From the IMG/VR virus record IMGVR_UViG_3300035698_010745: DNA of 64,000 bases; one strand, 5' to 3'. Positions 57,201 through 64,000 of this stretch are shown piece after piece (the stretch's first letter is position 1; each line of letters starts with the position of its first letter). The notes below the pieces were generated by a model. The model saw only the letters and a program-made list of their open reading frames with translations. It did no database searches and was not told the origin of the DNA. The position numbers and the translations under genes are program-made. Source of the stretch: an uncultured virus (IMG/VR IMGVR_UViG_3300035698_010745). Taxonomy: Duplodnaviria > Heunggongvirae > Uroviricota > Caudoviricetes.

Positions 57201-58094
57201 CACAACCTCCTCTCGCAAGGCGGCTCCACCCAGGTCCTCACCGGGAAGTGTTCTCCCTCCCCGCCAAACCCCTCATTCTCCAAGTGCCGACAAACGGCTG
57301 TAGCCGCGCCTTCGGTGTCATGCCCGTCCTTACTCACATGGAAGCCGTCCGACCCCGTATACACGCTCTTAGGCCACTCAGCGCACGATATCCACGGTTT
57401 CATCCTTCCTCCTTCAGAGCCTTGACCAGTCCCTCGGCGTAAAGGTGTCCGTATTTGCGAGCTACGGTGTCTGCTTCGGGCAGATGAATCACTTCACCGT
57501 CTCGCCATAGCAACCCACCCTTCGTCGTTATGCCATTCGCGATGGCCTTGTCCTTGTTCTTCTTGCTCATTTGAAATCCCTCGCCTTTGCCATCTCAAAC
57601 TGTTTCACCGTGAGCTGGCACACAAAGTCAATTTCCCGCTCCAGGGATGCGATAACTCCCTTTTTTGCCACTTCAAATGTTGGCCGTTCAACCACGTGCC
57701 CATCCACCGCGAATGTGGAACGCCAACTCGGGGGCTCACTCAAGACCTGCACGGCTTCAATCCGTGAGCGAAGAGACTCGACACACAAGCATTGGGCCAA
57801 CTGGAAAGACACCTTAGCCCCGTCCATCCTCGTATTTACCGCCTTGGACACGTTGTTAATGTCGTTGTTATTCATGCCCAAATCGCCTCCTTGACTATTA
57901 CCGGGTCAATATTCTGTGCCACGATAATCACTTGGGACTCCGGGCCAATCAATATCAAGTCGTGAGCCGTCAAGCCGCCTTGCTCCCGCTCGGCCAACAT
58001 CAAGGTTCCATGAACCTCTGTGGCATCCACGTACTCGCCACCATTCACGGCGATTCCATTCCGAATCAATTTCAACTGTGCGAGCATCTTTCTC

Positions 58095-58469
58095 CTAGAA
58101 TATGCGGCAATGGCCGTTTTCGGTGATTGACCCTTCAACCAACGAGCACTCAAACTCGACGCTGCATCCATCCTGGTCCGTGCCACTGATGCGGATATTC
58201 TTGTCTCGGCGCTCGGGATTGTTGCAAACCTGGGCCTGGGCCTTGTCGTCCGACGACGACTTGTCGTGCCGCTGAGGGAAACGCTGCAAAATAACGGTGC
58301 CGGGGTCTGCCTGCCGGGTATGGACAATAAAGCCGTTCATAGACAGGTTCAGGCGTGTCAGGGCTTTTCGAGTAAAGTTCGCGTCCTCGCCAGTCAACAC
58401 TATCGAGTCGGCATCGCCGACCTTCTCAATCAGTCTCTCCACCATCTTCTTTTGCATATCTGCCGTCAT
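58095..58469 (-). CDS. hypothetical protein
   Basis: Follows promoter copy 4 and GGAGG SD. Confidence 0.65.
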   Translation of the reverse strand: MTADMQKKMVERLIEKVGDADSIVLTGEDANFTRKALTRLNLSMNGFIVHTRQADPGTVILQRFPQRHDKSSSDDKAQAQVCNNPERRDKNIRISGTDQDGCSVEFECSLVEGSITENGHCRIF

Positions 58470-58496
58470 ATCGTGTCCTCCCTGTTGCTCTCTACC

Positions 58497-58528
58497 CATT
58501 CATTGCGCGGGTGGAGCTGGATTCTGAA
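58497..58528 (-). promoter_or_regulatory. promoter-like motif, copy 4
   Basis: TTCAGAATCC-N12-GCAATGAATG plus leader GGTAGAGAGCAACA-GGGAGGAC. Confidence 0.75.
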
Positions 58529-58531
58529 AGA

Positions 58532-58720
58532 TTATTTTGAGGGCATCGCCTCTTTCGCCAAGCTCTCAAGCTGGGCGACGGTCTTGCGGTTGTAGCCCTT
58601 CACGCTTGTCCGGCTCTGAGCGACACTCATGCCGCCAATGCTCCGGCGAATCGCAATATGCGTAATCAGGTCTGTTTTCCTGCTCCAGCTCGCCCGTCCA
58701 CCGCCTAGTGCATGTCTCAT
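58532..58720 (-). CDS. small basic protein
   Basis: Follows promoter copy 5 and GGAGG SD. Confidence 0.55.
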   Translation of the reverse strand: MRHALGGGRASWSRKTDLITHIAIRRSIGGMSVAQSRTSVKGYNRKTVAQLESLAKEAMPSK

Positions 58721-58747
58721 TCTCGTCCTCCCGTGTTGCTCTCTACC

Positions 58748-58779
58748 CATTCATTGCACAAGAGCGCACGGATTCTGAA
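58748..58779 (-). promoter_or_regulatory. promoter-like motif, copy 5
   Basis: Same boxes and leader as copy 4; directly after a terminator. Confidence 0.75.
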
Positions 58780-58781
58780 AC

Positions 58782-58811
58782 AAAAAGGCTGCCCATATTA
58801 TAGGGCAGCCT
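58782..58811 (-). terminator. intrinsic terminator
   Basis: AGGCTGCCC/GGGCAGCCT stem with U tract on minus strand. Confidence 0.8.
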
Positions 58812-58952
58812 CAAGAATGGGCGGGCATCGCACTATCTCACCTCGGCCTCACCCCGTCCGGGGGAAGGTACTGGGGGTTATCTCCTACTCCCTGCGCCCT
58901 ATGCGCTGATTCCAGACGACCACTACCGATTTGATGCCTCCACCTAGTAGCT

Positions 58953-59414
58953 TCAGCTTTTACCCATAAATAAATGCGTTGTTAGCTGGACCCCGGACGT
59001 ATTGCACGGAACGTTACCAGTGACGTTCACCCATTCACCATCCACCTTGAACCCAAATACTTTGCCCAGGAAATAAGTACCTTGGGCACCCCTCCAAATC
59101 CTGATAACATCACCCGCATCACTGATTAGCTTCACCGTGAAACTTGGCTCGCCCAGCTCCGGCTGCCGCATAGTTGTCCCCGTCACTCCCTCTGCAACCA
59201 GGGGGAGGTTTGTATTGAAGTACCGCTTGGGCATACCGAATCCGTAGATTTTTTCAAAGTCGTCCGCGCTCTCAAGAACGACACACATAAACCCGGAATT
59301 GGAGCAAACAGGAATCAGCTCAACAGCCTTAATGGTCTCCATGGAGGTTCCGTCCGGGCTATACAATGTCACGTTCATGGGCTTATTCGGTCTCCTGGCA
59401 CTGCTCATCCACAA
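58953..59414 (-). CDS. hypothetical protein
   Basis: 153-aa ORF; start may be MNVTLY. Confidence 0.55.
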   Translation of the reverse strand: MWMSSARRPNKPMNVTLYSPDGTSMETIKAVELIPVCSNSGFMCVVLESADDFEKIYGFGMPKRYFNTNLPLVAEGVTGTTMRQPELGEPSFTVKLISDAGDVIRIWRGAQGTYFLGKVFGFKVDGEWVNVTGNVPCNTSGVQLTTHLFMGKS

Positions 59415-59582
59415 AGGTGTCTATATCGTTCTTCATGGCAGCGAAGGGGCTCGTGACAGATACCTTCTGGACCCTTCCATTCCACTCTCGCCATTCCGGC
59501 TTGGACATTGTAATCCAAATCACGCCCGTTATCTCCGGCTCAGGGTGTTCCCTCACCATTTTCGTATTCATGCGCTTCCCCT

Positions 59583-60005
59583 TTACGGCCAGACACACAC
59601 CAGTATCTGAATGTCGGTTTTACTAAAAACGTCTCGAATGAGTCCCCTAACAGTGCCCCATTGTAACCGGTCTAGCCCACACCCGATTTTCGGCATGGCT
59701 ATCTTCGTCACCCCTATGTTTCGGGCAGTTGCTTTCATGTTGATTAGTGCCGAAGTGAGAGAGACGTATGTCGGTTTGCCCGAACTACTCCTCTTGGTAA
59801 TCAGGTTAAACACATGACCCGTCAAAACACATGTCGGGCTGTTCGTGCTCTCTCCCGACTGGCGTATCTGTTGCCGCAGATTGAATGTGCTTTGCATGGG
59901 TAACGCAATCCCAGCCCCCATCCTTAAATCCGAGGCTATGCAGTGTGCCAAGTAATAAGACGCATCTACATAAAATAGGTCACGATGTTCTTCCTGATAG
60001 GTCAT
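59583..60005 (-). CDS. macrodomain ADP-ribosylhydrolase, TARG1/OARD1/Poa1-like
   Basis: DLF, LAHCIASDLRMGAGIA, FNLITK....KPTY, IAMPKIGCGLDRLQW. Confidence 0.9.
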   Translation of the reverse strand: MTYQEEHRDLFYVDASYYLAHCIASDLRMGAGIALPMQSTFNLRQQIRQSGESTNSPTCVLTGHVFNLITKRSSSGKPTYVSLTSALINMKATARNIGVTKIAMPKIGCGLDRLQWGTVRGLIRDVFSKTDIQILVCVWP

Positions 60006-60313
60006 TACACCCTCTTGACGTACACCTCAACCAGGCACTCGCCGTTACCATTGGCATCGTTTGCATAGACTGTGACCTTTTCCGGGGTGTTGGATTTCTT
60101 CTTGTCCCTCACCACGCCTACCGCGTCTATCAGGCTCTTGGCCAATTCGTCGGCCTTACCCGGTGAAAGGGTCAACTTTACCCGGCGCACCAAGTCCTTC
60201 TCATCCGTCGGCGCGTAATGCCGCCTGGAATTACCCTTAATCAGGGCTAAAACAATCATGGACACGACTGCGGCCACGACAATAAGTAATGCTAATCCAC
60301 CTGTAGGTGACAT
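60005..60313 (-). CDS. membrane-anchored protein
   Basis: N-terminal TM helix. Confidence 0.6.
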   Translation of the reverse strand: MSPTGGLALLIVVAAVVSMIVLALIKGNSRRHYAPTDEKDLVRRVKLTLSPGKADELAKSLIDAVGVVRDKKKSNTPEKVTVYANDANGNGECLVEVYVKRV

Positions 60314-60373
60314 CTTCCATCCCTCCTGTTAAAGGCGAGGCTCCCACTGGAAGCCCCGCCCGGTTTGCGCTGG

Positions 60374-60880
60374 TTACTTTGTTGCCGGGACAATGCCCTG
60401 CGACATCTGCTGCATTAGCTTGGCCAGCACCACATCCAGCGAGCCTCCTCCGTTGGAGCCACTGATACTGATTTGCGGTACGGCTGCACCATCCTGCCAT
60501 GCCGCGAACATGTCGCGCATGATTTCCAGGCGGGTATAGTTCTCGACACCCCCAAGGGATTCGACCATTGCCGCATTGTACTTGGCATCAGCCGTAGCCA
60601 TCAGTTCGCGGGCTGCTGCCTCCGCTTCGGCCTCCAGTTTGATAGCTGTTGCCTTGGCTACGGCTTCGCGCTCGATAGCTGCTGCACGGCCTTCAGCCGC
60701 TTTGACAGCCGCACGGGAGAGGCCGTCGGCCTTTTTCTCCGCCGCATCGGCTTCGAACTTCGCGGCCAAGTCGAGTGCTTCGGCAGCCTTGATGTCCTTC
60801 TTCCGGTCCGCTTCCTCGGTAGCTTCAACCACCTTGGAGCGTTCGTTCTGAGCGGTCACCTGCTGCTTGTAGGTTTGAGC
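60374..60880 (-). pseudogene. 5'-truncated flotillin/SPFH-like coiled-coil gene
   Basis: A/E-rich AEA repeats and VPQI..G tail; frame hits a stop at 60887-60889 with no SPFH head. Confidence 0.6.
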
Positions 60881-62034
60881 CCATCGTTATCCAGAGCGCC
60901 CTTACCACGGACACCAAGGCCCTTGTTGCCGCCGAAGGTATCAAGTTGCTTGGGGATGGCGTGACCCCGCCCCAGGTGGTGACGGTGACCCTTCAAACTG
61001 GGACGCCAAGTCCGGTTACGCGGGAGCAGGTGAGGCAGGACGCCACGGATGACTTTGATAGCTCCACGGGGCAAAACCTGTGGCTGGAGGACCGGTACGA
61101 GGCCCAAGTGCCCGACGTGATTTTCAATCCGAACCAGTTGGCAGCGGGAGACCGGAAGTTGCTGACGGATGGCAACGACAAGGGCAGCCAGCAAAAGAGT
61201 TGGCAGGTACGCATGGGCCACTGTGAGGCCAAGTTTCCGGTGATGGTAAGGCACTTGCCCTCGGGCGTGAAGGCCGACAAAGAGGCATTCCAACACGTGC
61301 GAGAGGATATTCGTACCCTTAAAGCCGCAGCCACCGGGGATATCGTCAAGTTTGAAAAGGATGCCCGGTGGTGTGCTCGGTACAACAAAGCCAACATGGT
61401 CCAGTATCTTGCGTGGGAGGAGTACTACCGGCGGCAGGAAGATGTCCTGGAGTGGTTCAAAAAGACGGCTCTTAAGAACCGTGACCATATTGCGCATTGG
61501 GCGGCACGGGGCGAGTTGGTCACGGATGGGGTGTTTAACGGCGGGACCATCATTTGTGGCTCGTCGACGGGAAAGGTCCGGGGAGAGATTGAGCAGGGCA
61601 ACATCGTCCGGGGACCGTACTACTGCAAGAGAAAATGGCCCCACTATCGTCTCTATAACATTCGCGGGACGGCGTGGATTGTCCGCGACCCGAGTTACCA
61701 CCAGTGCAAGTGTTTCTGCCCGGTAACTGGCGATGCGGCAAGCATCTTTGTATTTGTGAAGCCACATACGGCAGATGCCTTGGCCCTGGCCTTGGGGATT
61801 GAGAAAAGCAAATTGCCGGACATACTCCAGAACTACGACCGGAACGATGAATACTCCGGGAATCATCTCCTCAGTAACGTGGACCCGATGGACTGGTGCG
61901 TAGAGGACCCGTGGGCACTTCAGGGATTTACAATTATGGTTGGTTTTTCCCGGCGTGGGTACAAGAAGCTTCGCAAGGAACAGGGCCTTGAGCCCATCGC
62001 CGTTGAGGACATGAAGGATGGGGACGCGGGATGA
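60880..62034 (+). CDS. hypothetical protein, apparently 5'-truncated
   Basis: Frame open upstream of the TTG at 60946 through the junction; no clear SD/start. Confidence 0.55.
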   Translation, partial: PIVIQSALTTDTKALVAAEGIKLLGDGVTPPQVVTVTLQTGTPSPVTREQVRQDATDDFDSSTGQNLWLEDRYEAQVPDVIFNPNQLAAGDRKLLTDGNDKGSQQKSWQVRMGHCEAKFPVMVRHLPSGVKADKEAFQHVREDIRTLKAAATGDIVKFEKDARWCARYNKANMVQYLAWEEYYRRQEDVLEWFKKTALKNRDHIAHWAARGELVTDGVFNGGTIICGSSTGKVRGEIEQGNIVRGPYYCKRKWPHYRLYNIRGTAWIVRDPSYHQCKCFCPVTGDAASIFVFVKPHTADALALALGIEKSKLPDILQNYDRNDEYSGNHLLSNVDPMDWCVEDPWALQGFTIMVGFSRRGYKKLRKEQGLEPIAVEDMKDGDAG

Positions 62035-62486
62035 CGGTTAAAGAAATTGACAGAATCCTGGCTCGGCTATGCAATGTAGGTGTAGAATGGAGGCAGAGAT
62101 GCTGAAGAGATACGCGATGGTTGTGATAGTTGAGGTTGAGGATGGCGTGAATGACTCCAAGGGCTCGGCTAAGAATGTCGAGCGGTACCTGCATCGCCTT
62201 GTGGCGGAGAACATGGGGTCGCGGCATGACCGGGGACGGGGGATACCCCTCAAGGTAAAGGGTTCCCAGGTCGGCAAGGTGTTATTGTAATTTTTGAGGT
62301 TCGCAGAGCGCAACCCCCTTGCCTTACTGAGCAAGCGAGGGGGCGGGGGACAACGGGTAGCAGGACGATGAAGGCCCTCAGACCCCCGGCCAGCCGGAAA
62401 CGGCAGGTACACAAACGCAAGCTGGAAAAAGACACTGGCGGATTAGCTCCCCGCAAGGTAAGTCTTACCTCATTTTCGGAGAAAAG

Positions 62487-62981
62487 ATGAATCGCAAGGC
62501 ATACATAGTAGACCGGCGCAGGGCGAGGGATTTTCCTGTAAATCCACGGGGATGCCATATTGTCTTGCAAGAGCCCACACACCACTACAAAGACGAGTTG
62601 CCCTATGCCGGGTGGCACGATACCATTGTTATCGAGGCACACGACATCTGTCGCCCAGAAGAAGGGTATGTTCATTTCAATGCGGAAATGGCTTCTCGTC
62701 TTGCCGATTTCTTGTTGAAGAATGACGGCAGGCCGATGCTGGTGAATTGTGACGGCGGGATTTCCCGGTCGACAGCGGTAGGGGCAACGCTTCGGGACCG
62801 GTTCGGGTATGAGGTCGTGTTTGTGTCTGCCGGGGATGATTTGTTCAGGAACGTCTTGATATGCGTGACTCTTGCAAGGGAGTTCCGGTGGCGTGAGGAT
62901 TTTTTGTCAGGCGGCGAGAACACGGGTCAAGCGGGTGAGGTGAGGTGCCCCGATAGTCCCGCGCCGGTTGGTTCGGCCTGA
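62487..62981 (+). CDS. predicted protein-tyrosine/dual-specificity phosphatase-like protein
   Basis: LVNCDGGISRS (CX5R) loop. Confidence 0.75.
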   Translation: MNRKAYIVDRRRARDFPVNPRGCHIVLQEPTHHYKDELPYAGWHDTIVIEAHDICRPEEGYVHFNAEMASRLADFLLKNDGRPMLVNCDGGISRSTAVGATLRDRFGYEVVFVSAGDDLFRNVLICVTLAREFRWREDFLSGGENTGQAGEVRCPDSPAPVGSA

Positions 62982-63068
62982 CTTTGCTTAACATTTTGGC
63001 AAGTATAATTTTGTCCACTTGATTCTGAGCGGCTGGTAGCATAAAAAGAGCTGAATTCTCTCGAATGT

Positions 63069-63100
63069 CTCAGAATCTCCGTACGCTCCCGCAATGAATG
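63069..63100 (+). promoter_or_regulatory. promoter-like motif, copy 6
   Basis: CTCAGAATCT-N12-GCAATGAATG on plus strand, matching gene orientation. Confidence 0.7.
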
Positions 63101-63133
63101 GGTATGGGAGCAACAACACACACGGAGGACGCG

Positions 63134-63844
63134 ATGGACATACGAGAGATTGCTGGCAAGACCTACGTAATTGACGGCGACCAGTGGTACGACGAGAACC
63201 TCAACCCCCTCACCCGCAAAAGCACGACCTTCAAGGGTACGAGCTTTGCCGTGACCTTTACCCAGTTCGAAGAGTATGAAAACTACTTCGGGCGGTGCCT
63301 GATACTGGACATCACCGAGGAAAGCCTCACCGTGCGCTATATCCGGGCCGACAAGGCCCCGGTGCGGGATGGCCTTGTGGCAACCTACCCCGTAGCCGCG
63401 CAAGCCAAGACAGTAGCAAATGCGCAGCGTACGGAGAAGGCGGAGCTGGACCGGACGAACACTTACGACTTTACCGGAACCGATAGCGACTTCACGCTTT
63501 TGTGGATTGCCGAGAATGGCAAGATTGACGTAACATGCGCCCCGCACAGTGCAGACAACTTCCGGGCCTATTATCAGGCGACAGTGGGCCATTCGGCGGA
63601 TGACCACATTGGGGACGGGTTCAACCCGAACGGGCACACGGACCGGTGGGGCAACACTCTCCAGGTCCACATCCCGATGCCGGACGAGGACGGCTTGAAG
63701 GGGTTGACACTGCCCGAGGACGGTGTAAGGGTTGACGGTGGCACGATAATCGTGAGCAACAATGCTTACGTGCGTGGGTTGTTCCGCAAGGGTTTTGAGA
63801 TTGGCCACAATGTTGAGAATACGAAACTCCAGATGGCCAGCTAA
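63134..63844 (+). CDS. hypothetical protein
   Basis: Start MDIRE after GGAGG SD and promoter copy 6. Confidence 0.7.
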   Translation: MDIREIAGKTYVIDGDQWYDENLNPLTRKSTTFKGTSFAVTFTQFEEYENYFGRCLILDITEESLTVRYIRADKAPVRDGLVATYPVAAQAKTVANAQRTEKAELDRTNTYDFTGTDSDFTLLWIAENGKIDVTCAPHSADNFRAYYQATVGHSADDHIGDGFNPNGHTDRWGNTLQVHIPMPDEDGLKGLTLPEDGVRVDGGTIIVSNNAYVRGLFRKGFEIGHNVENTKLQMAS

Positions 63845-64000
63845 GCGTATAATGGGTGGAGTGGGCACAAGAATAAAGGGGACAACATGAAGACGCGAAC
63901 GAAGGAAGAAGACCGGGCGAAAAAGGGAGCGGCCAAGAAGAAAGCGGCTGAGCGGAACTGCACAGGGGACAAGAAAAGCGCGTGTGGTTACAACCGGTTC

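Noticed and set aside
348..60851. Long plus-strand ORFs (e.g. 691-1608, 9701-10594, 39373-40260, 45544-46437, 47339-48232, 51731-52588)
   Set aside because: Antisense shadows of minus-strand genes, with no SD or family motifs
62300..62490. SAM-I-like riboswitch or structured RNA
   Set aside because: Core AUCAAGAG/GAGGGA elements are missing; a 40-aa ORF (MKALRPP...) with an ATGA overlap explains the interval
60856..63868. Minus-strand ORFs 60856-61866 and 62927-63868
   Set aside because: Shadows of the plus-strand genes in this segment
1..64000. tRNA or rRNA genes
   Set aside because: No cloverleaf or rRNA signature recognised by eye; tRNAscan was not run

Overview
64 kb of what appears to be a large tailed-phage genome: dense, overlapping genes almost all on the minus strand up to ~60.9 kb, phage-type accessory genes, and no housekeeping operons. 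The style of two prepilin leaders weakly hints at a PVC-superphylum host. Three things stand out. (1) A Nop-domain, nuclease-less, IS110-related gene (45361-46452) is followed directly by a 36-nt-period dual-repeat array, i.e. a TIGR-Tas-type (TasA-like) RNA-guided locus. (2) A ~46 kb field (6.5-52.5 kb) holds roughly 100 or more (manual tally) tiny, mostly CxxC zinc-ribbon ORFs with unrelated bodies that share a terminal motif P-x-G-hydrophobic(4-5)-x-E-E. The EE codons usually also form the next gene's Shine-Dalgarno. Several units look like scattered fragments of an HK97-fold major capsid protein (my recollection, unverified). (3) A sharp G/C and T/A skew inversion sits at a non-coding, repeat-rich interval at ~28.0-28.9 kb, a probable replication origin. 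Also present: a 6-copy bipartite promoter-like motif, LpxR-like lipid A deacylase, GT2, two pilin-like genes, AdoMetDC, beta clamp, two Nudix hydrolases, TARG1-like macrodomain, gp88-like protein, a phosphatase, and a rearrangement junction at ~60.88 kb. All family calls are motif recognition by eye; no searches were run.
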